Assembly (NCBI GenBank): GCA_963805975.1
Contig: CAWDVR010000005.1
Location: 1-64,000, forward strand
Source: an uncultured Acidobacteriota bacterium
Lineage (GTDB): Bacteria > Acidobacteriota > Thermoanaerobaculia > Multivoradales > SZUA-115
Reading direction: 5' to 3'
Length of the DNA: 64,000 bases
The notes below the pieces were generated by a model, which was given only the letters and a program-made list of their open reading frames with translations, did no database searches and was not told where the DNA came from. Below are positions 45,415 to 56,541 of this stretch, piece by piece. Each line of letters opens with the position of its first letter. Positions within the stretch are counted from its first letter, which is position 1. The translations under genes were made by a program, and so were the position numbers.

Positions 45415-46703
45415 GCGGAGATCGATCTCTCCCACCGGAGCCTACACCTTTGGTGCCCGCGCTCCGGGCCCTCCCGGCGCCGCGCTCGACCGCACCTGCC
45501 GACGATCCCGCGGTCGACTACAACGCCGTCTTCGACCGGGTCTTTGCCGAGGCCGTGCGCCACGAGCGCAGCCTGGCTATGGAACGGGTGGAGGCGCTGG
45601 CGCTCGCCACCGAGCTCGAGGGCCAGCCGCCACGGCGGCGGCGCCTCCTGGTACGCAACAGCCGTCGCTACCAGACCTGGTCCATCTGCCAGGGCCTCAT
45701 CGACCGCAGCCACCAGCTCGGCTTCAACGAGCCCCAGGAAGGCCTTGACCTGGCCGAGCTCGCCACCGAGGTGGCCGAGCGGCTCGACGCCAGGCACTAC
45801 GGACCGATCCAGGTCCGGGACATGAAAGCCGCCGCCTGGAGCCAGTACGCCAACGCCCAGCGCGTAGTGTCCGACTTGCGTAAGGCGGACGAGGCGTTCG
45901 GCATCGCGGAGCACTTCCTGGCTGGCGGTACGGGCGACCTCCTGGCGCTCGCCCGCTTCTACGACCTCAAGGCGTCGCTGCGGCGCGCGCAGCGGCGGTT
46001 CGAGGAGAGCGAGGCCCTGCTGGGCTCGGCCATCGACCTCTATCGCCAGCTCCACGATTCCCGCCGCGAGGGCGGCGCGCTGATCAAGCTGGCGGCCGTC
46101 CGCGACCTGCAGGGCCGGCTCGAGAGCGCCATCGAGCTCGTGCAGCAAGGCTCCAGCCTGCTCGACCCGGTGGCCGACCTGCGCCAGATCAACCTGGCGC
46201 AGGCCAACCTCATCAGTCATCTCGCCGATGCCGGCCGCTGCCTCGAGGCCCAGGTCCTGCTGTCGCGCGCACGCCGGGCGCAAGTGGCCGAGGGGGACGC
46301 GATCCCGCTGCTGCGCTTGCGCTGGGTGGAAGGCAAGATCGCCGCCGGACTCGGCCACACCGCGCTCGCCGAGCGTGCCTTCAAGGACGCGCGGCAGGGC
46401 TTCGTCGACAACGGCCTGGGCTACGACGCGGCGCTGGTCTCGCTCGAGCTCGCCGAGCTCTTTGCGCGCGCCGGCCGCGCTGGCGAGATGAAGGTCCTCG
46501 CTCTCGAGATGCTGCCCATCTTCCGCTCCCGCGACGTGCACCGGGAGGCCCTCGCCGCGCTTCTGGTGCTGCGCCAGGCGATCGAGGCCGAGGCCGCCAC
46601 CACGGCGGTGATCGGTGAGGTGCGCACCTTCCTGCGCCAGGCCCGCGACAACCCGCGCCTGCGCTACGAGGGATCGGTATCCACCGTGGGCGCCACCGGT
46701 TGA
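45411..46703 (+). CDS. TPR-like alpha-solenoid protein
   Basis: Repeated amphipathic helix pairs ([38 protein letters not shown]...AE) and C-terminal [15 protein letters not shown]. Confidence 0.85.
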   Translation: MSGDRSLPPEPTPLVPALRALPAPRSTAPADDPAVDYNAVFDRVFAEAVRHERSLAMERVEALALATELEGQPPRRRRLLVRNSRRYQTWSICQGLIDRSHQLGFNEPQEGLDLAELATEVAERLDARHYGPIQVRDMKAAAWSQYANAQRVVSDLRKADEAFGIAEHFLAGGTGDLLALARFYDLKASLRRAQRRFEESEALLGSAIDLYRQLHDSRREGGALIKLAAVRDLQGRLESAIELVQQGSSLLDPVADLRQINLAQANLISHLADAGRCLEAQVLLSRARRAQVAEGDAIPLLRLRWVEGKIAAGLGHTALAERAFKDARQGFVDNGLGYDAALVSLELAELFARAGRAGEMKVLALEMLPIFRSRDVHREALAALLVLRQAIEAEAATTAVIGEVRTFLRQARDNPRLRYEGSVSTVGATG

Positions 46704-46764
46704 GCGCCCGCTCGCCGTTCCGCATCGAGCGCGGGCTCCGGCGACCCAGCCGCTCCCTGCCGCG

Positions 46765-47790
<1,026 letters not shown>

Positions 47791-47804
47791 TCTCCCGCCC
47801 AGCC

Positions 47805-49910
47805 ATGGCCCGGAGCCTCGACCCGATCTTCTCGCCGCGCTCGGTCGCCGTGATCGGCGCCTCGCGCCGCCGCGACTCGATCGGCTTCGCCCTGATCCGC
47901 AACCTGGTGGCCGGCGAGCTCAACGGCACTATCTTCCCGGTCAACCCCAACGCCTCGTCCGTCCACTCCCTCAAGTGCTACCCGTCGGTGGCGGCGATCC
48001 CCGACCCCGTGGACCTGGCGGTGATCGCGGTGCCGCGGCCGGCCGTGCAAGGGGTGGTCGAGGAGTGCCTGGCGCACGGGGTGCGCGGCTTGGTGGTGAT
48101 CACCGCCGGCTACGCCGAGACCGGCGAGGAGGGGGCGCGCCACGAGCGGTTGCTGCTCGACACCGTGCGCGCCGTGGGGGCGCGCATGATCGGCCCCAAC
48201 TGCATGGGCGTCATCAACACCGATCCCGAGGTGCGCTTGAACGCCACCTTCGCGCCGGTACCGGCGCTCGCCGGCTCGATCGGCTTCGTCAGCCAGTCGG
48301 GCGCGCTGGGGGTCGCCATCCTGAACGTGGCCTCCGACCTGGGTCTCGGCCTCACCCAGTTCGCCTCCATGGGCAACAAGGCCGACGTCTCCGGCAACGA
48401 CCTCCTCGAGCACTGGGAGGACGACGAGACGACGCGCGTGGTGGCGATGTACCTCGAGTCCTTCGGCAACCCGCGGCGCTTCACCGAGATCGCCAAGCGG
48501 GTGGGCAAGAGGAAGCCCATCCTGGTGGTCAAGTCCGGCCGCACCAGCGAAGGAGCCAAGGCGGCGAGCAGCCATACCGGCGCCATCGCCGGCGCCGACG
48601 TCTCGGTCTCGGCCTTCCTCGAGCAGTGCGGGGTGCTGCGCGCCGACACCATCGAGGAGCTGTTCGACGTCGCCCGCGCGCTCGACCGCTGCCCGCTGCC
48701 CCGCGGCGAAAGGGTGGCGATCGTCACCAATGCCGGCGGGCCGGCGATCATGGCGACCGACGCCTGCGTCAGTCTCGGGCTCGAGATGGCGGAGCTCGGC
48801 CCCGCGACCGTGGCCGAGCTGCGGAGCTTCCTGCCGCGCGAGGCGAGCTTCGGCAACCCGGTCGACATGATCGCCTCGGCCAACGACGTCAACTACGCGC
48901 GCGCCCTCCAGGCCGTCGCCGCCGATCCGGGCGTCGACATGGTGATGGTGATCAACGTCACGCCGCTCCAGTACCGGCCCGAGGACGTGATGGCGGCGGT
49001 CGCCCGCGTGGCCGGCGAGCAGCGGGAGCCGAAGCCGGTGCTGGCGGTGATGATGGCCACCGACGACTTCTACGAGGAGATGAAGCTCCGCGCCGGCGAG
49101 CCGCCGATCTACCGCTTCCCCGAGGCGGCGGCGCGCGCCATGGCCCAGCTCGCCCGCTACGCGGCCTGGCGCCGCCGGCCGGCCGACGAGGCGCCGCCCG
49201 ACTTCCCCATGGACGACGACGAGATCGGCCGCCTGCTGGCGGCGACCGGCGACGGCTACCTGCCCGCCGGCGACGCCTTCCGCGTGCTGGAGCTGGCCGG
49301 CATCCCGCTGGCCCCGTACCGGGTCGCGAACACCGCGGACGGCGCGCTCGCAGCGGCCTCCGAGATCGGCTACCCCGTGGCCGTCAAGGCCGACGCCGTG
49401 GGCCTGGTGCACAAGAGCGACGTGGGAGCGGTGGCCCTGGGGCTCGGCTCGAAAGAGGAGCTGGCCGAGGCGCTCCGGGCCATGGAGCAGCGCCTGAGCG
49501 AGGCGGGGTACACGGCGCGCTCCTTTGTCGTCCAGGAGATGGTGAAGGGCGGCCACGAGGTGATCTTCGGGCTCTCGACCGATCCGCGCTTCGGGCCGCT
49601 CCTGATGTTCGGCCTGGGAGGCAAGTACGTCGAGGTGCTGCGCGACGTGCGCTTCGGCGTGACGCCGCTCTCCGCCGCCGAAGCGGAAGAGATGGTCCGC
49701 GGCATCCGCGGCTTCCCGCTCCTCGCCGGCGTGCGCGGCGAGCGAGCGGCTGATCTCCCGATCCTGATCGAGATCCTCCTCCGCCTAGCCCAGCTCGGCC
49801 GGCGTTTCCCTGCCATCCGCGAGCTCGACGTCAACCCGTTCCTGGCTTCACCGGAGCGGGAGACCGCGGTGGCGCTGGATGCAAGGATTCGGGTGGAGGG
49901 AGGTCCGTAA
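47805..49910 (+). CDS. Acetate--CoA ligase family protein (ADP-forming, fused alpha/beta)
   Basis: Motifs PRSVAVIGAS, GPNCMG, SQSGA, SHTGA, NPVD, HKSDVG and ELDVNP. Confidence 0.93.
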   Translation: MARSLDPIFSPRSVAVIGASRRRDSIGFALIRNLVAGELNGTIFPVNPNASSVHSLKCYPSVAAIPDPVDLAVIAVPRPAVQGVVEECLAHGVRGLVVITAGYAETGEEGARHERLLLDTVRAVGARMIGPNCMGVINTDPEVRLNATFAPVPALAGSIGFVSQSGALGVAILNVASDLGLGLTQFASMGNKADVSGNDLLEHWEDDETTRVVAMYLESFGNPRRFTEIAKRVGKRKPILVVKSGRTSEGAKAASSHTGAIAGADVSVSAFLEQCGVLRADTIEELFDVARALDRCPLPRGERVAIVTNAGGPAIMATDACVSLGLEMAELGPATVAELRSFLPREASFGNPVDMIASANDVNYARALQAVAADPGVDMVMVINVTPLQYRPEDVMAAVARVAGEQREPKPVLAVMMATDDFYEEMKLRAGEPPIYRFPEAAARAMAQLARYAAWRRRPADEAPPDFPMDDDEIGRLLAATGDGYLPAGDAFRVLELAGIPLAPYRVANTADGALAAASEIGYPVAVKADAVGLVHKSDVGAVALGLGSKEELAEALRAMEQRLSEAGYTARSFVVQEMVKGGHEVIFGLSTDPRFGPLLMFGLGGKYVEVLRDVRFGVTPLSAAEAEEMVRGIRGFPLLAGVRGERAADLPILIEILLRLAQLGRRFPAIRELDVNPFLASPERETAVALDARIRVEGGP

Positions 49911-49962
49911 GGACCGCCAGTGCTAGCATCGGCTCAAATTCCGAACCAGGGAAGGGCCGGTG

Positions 49963-50934
49963 ATGGCGACAGGTGTCGTCGCTGCCGAGCGAGTGGAGCG
50001 CATGACTCCCACCGTCGTCTACTTCATCCAGAGCCACCGCGACCCGGAGCAGATCTACCGCGTGGTGCGCACGCTGCGGCGGGGGAGCGAGCGGGGCGTG
50101 ATCGTGGTGCAGCACAACTTCGCCAGCTGCCCTCTCGACTGGGCGCCGCTGGCGGACGTGCCGGGGACCCACCTGCTGCCGGCCTCGGGAAGGCAGATCC
50201 GCTCGCACTTCTCCTGCCAGGTGCAGCCCTACCTCGACCTGATCGCCTGGCTGGAGCGCGAAGGGATCGCCTACGACTGGCTGGTGAACCTGACGGCACA
50301 GGACTATCCCGTCACGCCGGTGCCCGAGATCGAGCGCTTCCTGGGCGCCGCGAGCGCGGATGCGTTCATCCGCTACTGGGACGTGCTGTCGCCGGCGAGC
50401 CCGTGGTCCCGGCGCAAGGCCAGGGCCCGCTACTGGCACCGCTACTGGCGCTTCGCCGAGGGGAGCGAGCCCGCGCTCCGGAGGGTGCGGTTCCTGACCA
50501 AGCTGCTGCCGCTGCACTTCTATCTCGACTACGGGCCCTGGGTGGGCCTGCGGAAGCTCTCGACGCCGTTCTCGAACGAGTTCCGCTGCTACGGCGGCTG
50601 GGCGTGGTTCTCGTTGCGGCGGGAGGCCGCGCTCTACCTCAAGGATTTCCTGGCGTCGCACCCGGAGGTCGACCGCCACTACCGCGAGGTCAAGGTCCCG
50701 GAGGAGTCGCTGGTGCAGACGGTGCTCGCCAACAGCGGCCGCTTCCGCATGGTGGACGACGACCTGCGCTACATCGACTACGCGCGGGCCCACAAGGGCT
50801 CGCCGCGCGTGATGACCGTGGACGACCTGCCGCTTTTCGCCACGGGGCGCTACCACTTCGCGCGCAAGTTCGACCTCGGGGTCGATGCGGTGGTGCTCGA
50901 CCGCATCGACCGCGAGCTGCTGGGGATGGCATGA
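49963..50934 (+). CDS. Core-2/I-branching glycosyltransferase (GT14)
   Basis: YFIQSH, NLTAQDYP, YGG.AWFSL, PEES..QT, LRYID and FARKFD. Confidence 0.88.
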   Translation: MATGVVAAERVERMTPTVVYFIQSHRDPEQIYRVVRTLRRGSERGVIVVQHNFASCPLDWAPLADVPGTHLLPASGRQIRSHFSCQVQPYLDLIAWLEREGIAYDWLVNLTAQDYPVTPVPEIERFLGAASADAFIRYWDVLSPASPWSRRKARARYWHRYWRFAEGSEPALRRVRFLTKLLPLHFYLDYGPWVGLRKLSTPFSNEFRCYGGWAWFSLRREAALYLKDFLASHPEVDRHYREVKVPEESLVQTVLANSGRFRMVDDDLRYIDYARAHKGSPRVMTVDDLPLFATGRYHFARKFDLGVDAVVLDRIDRELLGMA

Positions 50935-50935
50935 G

Positions 50936-50959
50936 AGGGCGCACGCCGTGCGCCCCGAC
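50936..50959. repeat. REP-like palindrome, copy 2
   Basis: AGGGCGCAC-GCC-GTGCGCCC followed by CGAC, between convergent genes. Confidence 0.7.
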
Positions 50960-50985
50960 GAGACGGCCGGCACGGGGGCCGGCCG

Positions 50986-51612
50986 CTACGGCTTGATCTC
51001 GGCCTTGGTGATCACGATCGGGTCGACCGGAACGTTCTGGTGGGGGCCGCGGTTCCCGGTCGGGACCTTGGCGATGGCGTCCACCACGTCCATGCCCTCG
51101 ACCACGCGGCCGAACACGGCATAGCCCCAGGGATCGCGATCGGGCGAGGGATCGAGCCCCTTGTTGTCGACCAGGTTGACGAAGAACTGGGAGGTGGCGC
51201 TGTTCGGGTCGGGGGTGCGCGCCATCGACAGCGAGCCGCGCACGTTCTTGAGGCCGTTCTTCGCCTCGTTCTCGATGCCTGCCTTGGTCGGCTTCTGCTT
51301 CATGTCGGCAGTGAAGCCGCCGCCCTGGATCACGAAGCCTGGCATGACGCGGTGGAACACCGTGCCGTCGAAATGGCCGGAGCGGGTGTAGGCGAGGAAG
51401 TTCTCGACCGTCTTGGGCGCCTTGGCGCTCTCGAGCTCGATGACGATGTCGCCCTTCGAGGTATGAAACACCACCTGGGGGTTGCTCACGCTGGGCTCCT
51501 TGGCCGTGGTCTGGGTCGTCGCCGGGGTGCCGGGCTTGGGCGGCTGCGGGCTCGGGGCCGGCGCCGCAGGCAGTGCCATGGCGAGGACGAGAATGGAAGC
51601 TACGAAGCTCAT
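50986..51612 (-). CDS. Cyclophilin-type peptidyl-prolyl isomerase (secreted)
   Basis: Motifs APKTVENF, FHRV..GFVIQGGG, SATSQFFVN and YAVFGRV; signal peptide. Confidence 0.96.
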   Translation of the reverse strand: MSFVASILVLAMALPAAPAPSPQPPKPGTPATTQTTAKEPSVSNPQVVFHTSKGDIVIELESAKAPKTVENFLAYTRSGHFDGTVFHRVMPGFVIQGGGFTADMKQKPTKAGIENEAKNGLKNVRGSLSMARTPDPNSATSQFFVNLVDNKGLDPSPDRDPWGYAVFGRVVEGMDVVDAIAKVPTGNRGPHQNVPVDPIVITKAEIKP

Positions 51613-51671
51613 GGGGTTCCTCCGCGGATACTGCGCTCGTGGGGACCGAGCGGATGAGTGAGAATCCTAGC

Positions 51672-52265
51672 ATGCGACCCGGTGCCATCCCGCCCGCCGG
51701 CGTGGTGCTGGCGGGCGGAGAATCGCGGCGGCTGGGCCGCGACAAGGCGGCGCTCTCTTTCGCCGGCGAGCCGCTGGTGGCGCGGGCGGCGGCGAAGCTC
51801 GCCGCGCTCGTCGAGCCGGTGGTGATCGCCGACCGCGGCCGGCGCTATCTCGAGGGCTTTCGTTCCGTGACGGACGGCCCGGGGGCAGGCCCGCTCGCCG
51901 GCCTGCTGGGTGCCGCGGCGACTCTGCCGGGGCGCTCGCTCCTGGCCCTGGCCTGCGACCTGCCGCTGCTTCCCGCCGCGCTGCTCGCGGCCTTGGCAGA
52001 GGAGACCGCCTTCGACTGGGTGCTGGCGAGGACCGGGCGTGGCACCGAGCCGCTCTGCGCCCTCTACTCACCGGCGGCGCTTACGCGCCTCGAGCGCCGC
52101 GCCGCCGCGGGCGTCTACTCGCTCCACGACCTCGACACCGAGCGCGGGCTCTCCGTCCTCTGGCTGGGACCCGACGAGCTGGCGCGGTTCGGCGATCCGG
52201 CGCGGATGTTCCTCAACATCAACCGCCGCGAGGACGTCGCGGCGCTCGCGGCCGAGGATCTCTAG
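51672..52265 (+). CDS. mobA: Molybdenum cofactor guanylyltransferase
   Basis: Motifs LAGGESRRLGRDKA, GPLAG, ACDLP, EPLCALY and NIN...D. Confidence 0.92.
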   Translation: MRPGAIPPAGVVLAGGESRRLGRDKAALSFAGEPLVARAAAKLAALVEPVVIADRGRRYLEGFRSVTDGPGAGPLAGLLGAAATLPGRSLLALACDLPLLPAALLAALAEETAFDWVLARTGRGTEPLCALYSPAALTRLERRAAAGVYSLHDLDTERGLSVLWLGPDELARFGDPARMFLNINRREDVAALAAEDL

Positions 52266-52573
52266 GCGCTGACCGGCGTCGGGTCGATGTCGCGCAGGAA
52301 GTCGTAGCGGTAGATCCCCGTGCCGTGCCCGTCGGAGAACACCAGCGACAGGCCGTAGTTGCCCACCGGCTGAATGGCCTTGAGATCGACGCTCGACGCC
52401 GGCGGACGGAAGATGATCTCGGTCGCCGTGTGGCCCTGACAGACGGCGCAGGGGCAGTAGCCGCGCAGGTAGTCGTAGTCGTAGAGCGCGGTACGGCCGT
52501 CGTTCCAGGTGAGGGCGAGGCGTCGCTCCTCGGGCAGGCGGCGCGCTTCGGTCAGGTAGAGGGGGGCGGCCAC
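52262..52573 (-). CDS. DUF971 / GBBH-like N-terminal domain protein
   Basis: LRGYCPCAVC, VGNYG and FSDGHGTGIY. Confidence 0.92.
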   Translation of the reverse strand: MAAPLYLTEARRLPEERRLALTWNDGRTALYDYDYLRGYCPCAVCQGHTATEIIFRPPASSVDLKAIQPVGNYGLSLVFSDGHGTGIYRYDFLRDIDPTPVSA

Positions 52574-52617
52574 GCCGGCGATGGTAGCATTCTCGCCGGA
52601 CACCACAGGAGCCTTCC

Positions 52618-53259
52618 ATGCGCAACCGCGTTGCACCCTTGCTCATCGCCCTCGCCGCTCTCGCGCTCTTGCTTCCCGGGATCGCTCAGGCACAGGCCGG
52701 CGGCCGCTTCGAGCTCACCCCGACCCTGATCTACCGCGGCGTGGGCGACGTGGACGTGGAAGACATCGACATCTTCGACGACTCGCTCGAGATCGACGAG
52801 GGCACGGCGCTGGGGGTCCATCTCGGCATCCCTCTCGGCCGCATGGTCTCGCTCGAGCTCCTGGCCAACCGGCAGGAGACCGAGCTCCTGGCCGATGGTG
52901 GCCTGTTCTCGGAAGAGACGGTGATCGCCGACGTCGACATCTCCTACTACCACGTCGGGCTCGCGCTCCAGTTCGGCAACGGCCAGGTGCATCCGTTCGT
53001 CGCCGGCAGCCTGGGCCTGGCCCGCATCGAGGTGGACCTGCCCGGCACGACCGACGTGGACCGTCCCTCCGCCAGCCTGGGCGGCGGCGTCAAGATCTTC
53101 TTCGGCGAGCACTTCGGGTTGCGGCTCGAGGGCCGCGGCTACTACATCGCGCTCGACGACGACGAGGACCGCGACGACGATCGGGACCACGATCGCTGGG
53201 AGAACGAGGACTCGGTCACCCAGGCCGAGGCCTCGGTGGGCCTGATCTTCAGTTGGTGA
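52618..53259 (+). CDS. Outer-membrane beta-barrel protein
   Basis: Signal peptide, alternating beta strands, GGGVKIFF, GLRLEGR and a terminal FSW. Confidence 0.85.
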   Translation: MRNRVAPLLIALAALALLLPGIAQAQAGGRFELTPTLIYRGVGDVDVEDIDIFDDSLEIDEGTALGVHLGIPLGRMVSLELLANRQETELLADGGLFSEETVIADVDISYYHVGLALQFGNGQVHPFVAGSLGLARIEVDLPGTTDVDRPSASLGGGVKIFFGEHFGLRLEGRGYYIALDDDEDRDDDRDHDRWENEDSVTQAEASVGLIFSW

Positions 53260-53269
53260 GGCGGGCCGG

Positions 53270-54499
53270 CTAGTCCCGGCCGTGGTCCGCTTCCACGTCG
53301 TGGGGCCGGCGCGCCAAGATCAGCGCCTGGCCGACCTCGCCCATGCGGCGGAAGCCCAGCAGGTGGAAGATCTCGAGCGCGTACCAGCGGGCGATGCGCA
53401 GGCTCACCAGGTAGGTCGCCGGCTGCTCCGGGTGGCGGCGCACGCCGGGCAGCCAGTGCACGATCGAATCGACCCGCATCCTGCGCAGCCAGGCGGAGAG
53501 CTTGAGCCACGCCGGGTGGAAGCCGCGCACCAGGAAGAAGCCGTCGTCGCCGAGCCGCTGGTAGAGCGGCATCAGGATCAGCCCGCGCTCGGGCACGCGG
53601 ACCGGTCCCCGGCGGTCGTGGGCCACCACCTGCCCCTTCTCGACCGCCTGGAAGCTGGTGAAGCCGGGCAGCATGCGGAACTCGTCCGGCGGCGTGATGG
53701 CGTGCCGGTAGCGCACCTCGACCACCGGCGGCAGCGCTGCGGACGCGGTGGCGAGCAGGCGGCCGAGACGGGCCGGGCGAGGGATCTTGCCCGGCGCCAG
53801 GAGCCCCGCGCTCTCGAGCGCGATCCAGATCGCGGTCTCGGCATGGTCGACCGTCGTCGGGCCCTGGTGCTGGCCGCCCTCGAAGGCCACCGTCACGTGA
53901 CCGCGGTCCGAGCAGTAGGCGAGGAGCGTGCCCTCGAGCTGCTCCTCGAGGCCGAGCACGACCGGCGCCGGGATGCGCGCCGCGAACGCCCGGTTGCGCA
54001 ACGTGTCGGCCAGCACCACGAAGGGCGCGCCGCCGCCCGAGGTGGAGTGCAGGTCCAGAATGTAGGTGCGGCCGCGGGCGCGGCCGAAGACGGCCTCGAG
54101 CTCCTGCGCCAGCTCGAGCTGCTCGCGATCCTCTTCGACGAGCGTCTCGCGCTCGGCGCGGCGCTCGATGGCCTCCAGCCGCCGGCGGGTCCAGGAACGG
54201 TTGAGGTCGCGAGACCGATAGCGCACGCCCTCGGCGAGCGCCTGGCGGTTGCCGGAGAGGGCCACCAGCTCGCCGGCCAACAGATGCTCCCGACCGGACA
54301 GCTCGGCGAGCACCCGGGCCAGGGCGGCCGGACCGCTGGGCTCGTTGCCGTGCACGCCGCCGATCACCACCAGGGTGGGCCCTGGACGTGCTCCGAGGAC
54401 CCGCCCCAGCACCCGGGCCGGAAGCGCCGGCGTGAAAACGCCCTCCTGGCTGGAAACGTTTTCCATCTCGCCCGCATCCCGCCGCTCGAGAACTGCCAT
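53270..54499 (-). CDS. Succinylglutamate desuccinylase/aspartoacylase family Zn hydrolase
   Basis: Motifs GGVHGNE, DLNR, LDLHSTS and FEGGQH. Confidence 0.88.
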   Translation of the reverse strand: MAVLERRDAGEMENVSSQEGVFTPALPARVLGRVLGARPGPTLVVIGGVHGNEPSGPAALARVLAELSGREHLLAGELVALSGNRQALAEGVRYRSRDLNRSWTRRRLEAIERRAERETLVEEDREQLELAQELEAVFGRARGRTYILDLHSTSGGGAPFVVLADTLRNRAFAARIPAPVVLGLEEQLEGTLLAYCSDRGHVTVAFEGGQHQGPTTVDHAETAIWIALESAGLLAPGKIPRPARLGRLLATASAALPPVVEVRYRHAITPPDEFRMLPGFTSFQAVEKGQVVAHDRRGPVRVPERGLILMPLYQRLGDDGFFLVRGFHPAWLKLSAWLRRMRVDSIVHWLPGVRRHPEQPATYLVSLRIARWYALEIFHLLGFRRMGEVGQALILARRPHDVEADHGRD

Positions 54500-54538
54500 C
54501 GCGCTCATCTTAGACCTCGATCAAAGTCGCGCACCCTA

Positions 54539-56107
54539 TCATGGCGCGAGCCGCCGTGAGAGGACGCAGGCGTTGATGCCCCCGATGCCCATCGAGAGCT
54601 TGCCGGCCAGGCCTTCCGGCACCGGGCAGCCGGTGTCGTAGACGAAGCCCTGATGGACGCGGGCGATCTCGAGGTTGAGCTCGTGCTCGGCGAGCGGCGT
54701 CGGGAACAGGCTGCCGCGCGCGTAGCCCAGGTACTGCGCCGTCAGCTCCCAGCCGCCGGCCGCGCTCATGCCGTGACCGAAGGTCCCTTTGCGGGCCGTC
54801 ACCAGCACCGTCTCCGGGAAGACACCGCGCAGGGTCTCGACCTCCAGATAGTCGCCCGGCGTGGCGGTGGCGTGAAGGTCCCAGCTACCGACCTCCGCCG
54901 GCACCACGCCCGCTTCGGCGAGCGCCAGGCGGACGGCCGCCGTGGGCCCCTCTTTGGACGGCGTGATGATGTGGTCGGCATCCGCGGTCACGCCCACGGC
55001 GAGCGGCTCGAGCCCCAGGGGCCGGAACCCCCGGCCAGTCATGTGCTCGAGGTCGCCGACGATCCAGGTCACGGAGCCGCCGGCAACGTGCGTGCCGCGC
55101 AGACCCGAGAGCGGCTTCGACACCGAGCCGTCGGCGGCCGTCACGCGCGCGTTGTAGAAGGCGCCGACGGTGAGCGGGTGGGGCGGCGGGTCCGTCGCGC
55201 CGATCACCACCGCCTTGGCCTCGCCGCGGCGGATGGCGTCGATGGCGAGCTTCAGGGTCACGCCGAAGGTGGCGCAGGCCGCCACCGGGGCGAAGGCCAT
55301 GCCGGTGATGCGGCCGAGCATCGAGATCTGCGACGCCGGGGTGTTGGGGATGTTCCACAGGAGGTTGGGGGAGACCGCCTTCCACGGCGGATCAGGCGCC
55401 TCCCAGCGCTGCTTCAGCCGCAGGTAGCGGCGCTGCTTCTCCTTGATCACCGACAGCTTGCCGGCCTCGACCTCGCCCTCGACGGACAGCGACTCGATCT
55501 CCTTGAGCTCGGAGAGGTACTGCCGCAGCTGCTCCGACCTGGGCGCCCAAAAGGCCCACCATGCCTCCTCGGCGTCATCCTGCTCCTCGGGCGTCGCGGT
55601 GGCCGGGTCGGCGGGAAGCGGCGCCCCTGCCTCGGCTCGCGAGCCCTCGTGGTGGGCGCGCAGGGCGGCGTTGCGCCGCTCGTCGGCCCAGAAGCGGTTC
55701 CAGCGCCGCTGCGCCCGGTAGAGCTCCAGGCTCGCCCGCTCGATGGTCGGCAGGCTCCCCAGGCCGGTGCCGTAGTAGACGTGGGCGCGCGATCCCAGCC
55801 GCTCCAGCTCCTCCTCGAGGCCGGGGTTCTGGCCCAGGGCCTGGATGAACGAGCCGATGGCGAACAGGCTCGAGGGATCCATCTTCTCGACGAGCTGCGG
55901 GTAGCGGTTGGGGCGGAAGCGCTCGTCCACCCAGGGCTTGTAGGCCGCGAAGGAGAACTCCGGCGTGCCGACCAGGAAGTTGTCGGCGCCGAAGCCGTTG
56001 AACGGGGCGAGCCAGGAGCCGCCGGCCGCCAGGTTGGCCTCGAAGCGCTCGATGTTCGGCGAACGAGGACCGACGATCCCCCAGCCGAAGATGCCAACCC
56101 TACGCAC
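54539..56107 (-). CDS. Stand-alone beta-ketoacyl synthase family protein with large insertion
   Basis: Cys-His-His triad in AACAT, DLHATAT and FGHGMSA; C-terminal SMGIGGIN. Confidence 0.85.
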   Translation of the reverse strand: MRRVGIFGWGIVGPRSPNIERFEANLAAGGSWLAPFNGFGADNFLVGTPEFSFAAYKPWVDERFRPNRYPQLVEKMDPSSLFAIGSFIQALGQNPGLEEELERLGSRAHVYYGTGLGSLPTIERASLELYRAQRRWNRFWADERRNAALRAHHEGSRAEAGAPLPADPATATPEEQDDAEEAWWAFWAPRSEQLRQYLSELKEIESLSVEGEVEAGKLSVIKEKQRRYLRLKQRWEAPDPPWKAVSPNLLWNIPNTPASQISMLGRITGMAFAPVAACATFGVTLKLAIDAIRRGEAKAVVIGATDPPPHPLTVGAFYNARVTAADGSVSKPLSGLRGTHVAGGSVTWIVGDLEHMTGRGFRPLGLEPLAVGVTADADHIITPSKEGPTAAVRLALAEAGVVPAEVGSWDLHATATPGDYLEVETLRGVFPETVLVTARKGTFGHGMSAAGGWELTAQYLGYARGSLFPTPLAEHELNLEIARVHQGFVYDTGCPVPEGLAGKLSMGIGGINACVLSRRLAP

Positions 56108-56214
56108 GAAGCCCGGTCTCCTCCGTTCCGCGACAGCTCGCCTGAATTCGCGAGATGTTATCCGAGAAGGCGCCGGCGGCGCTGGTCAGGGATGGAGAGC
56201 GAACCGTAGCGCTC

Positions 56215-56541
56215 TCACGGTGGATCGATCGTGCCCGCAGAGGTCCAGGGGCCGCAGCGCGCCACGCGGCCCGCAGCGCGCAGGCCGCCCCGTAGCGCAC
56301 CGTGCTTGCCGATCGCCCCCGCGGCGTAGTGGCTGCAGGTCGGGGTGAAGCGGCAGCGGACGCCCAGCGCGGGCATCCGGGGGGACAGGGTGCGCTGGTA
56401 GAGGTGGATGCCGGCGAGGAGCGCCCGCGCCGAGACCTGGCGCTCCGGGGCCTGGAGCTGGTCGGCGGCAAAGAGAAGCAACGCGACCGCGGCGGCGATC
56501 ACGGCGCGCCGGCGGCCCCTGGTCATGCGGCCCCTGGTCAT
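56215..56541 (-). CDS. yidD: Membrane protein insertion efficiency factor
   Basis: YQRTLSP, CRFTPTCSHYA, RCGPW and DP. Confidence 0.88.
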   Translation of the reverse strand: MTRGRMTRGRRRAVIAAAVALLLFAADQLQAPERQVSARALLAGIHLYQRTLSPRMPALGVRCRFTPTCSHYAAGAIGKHGALRGGLRAAGRVARCGPWTSAGTIDPP

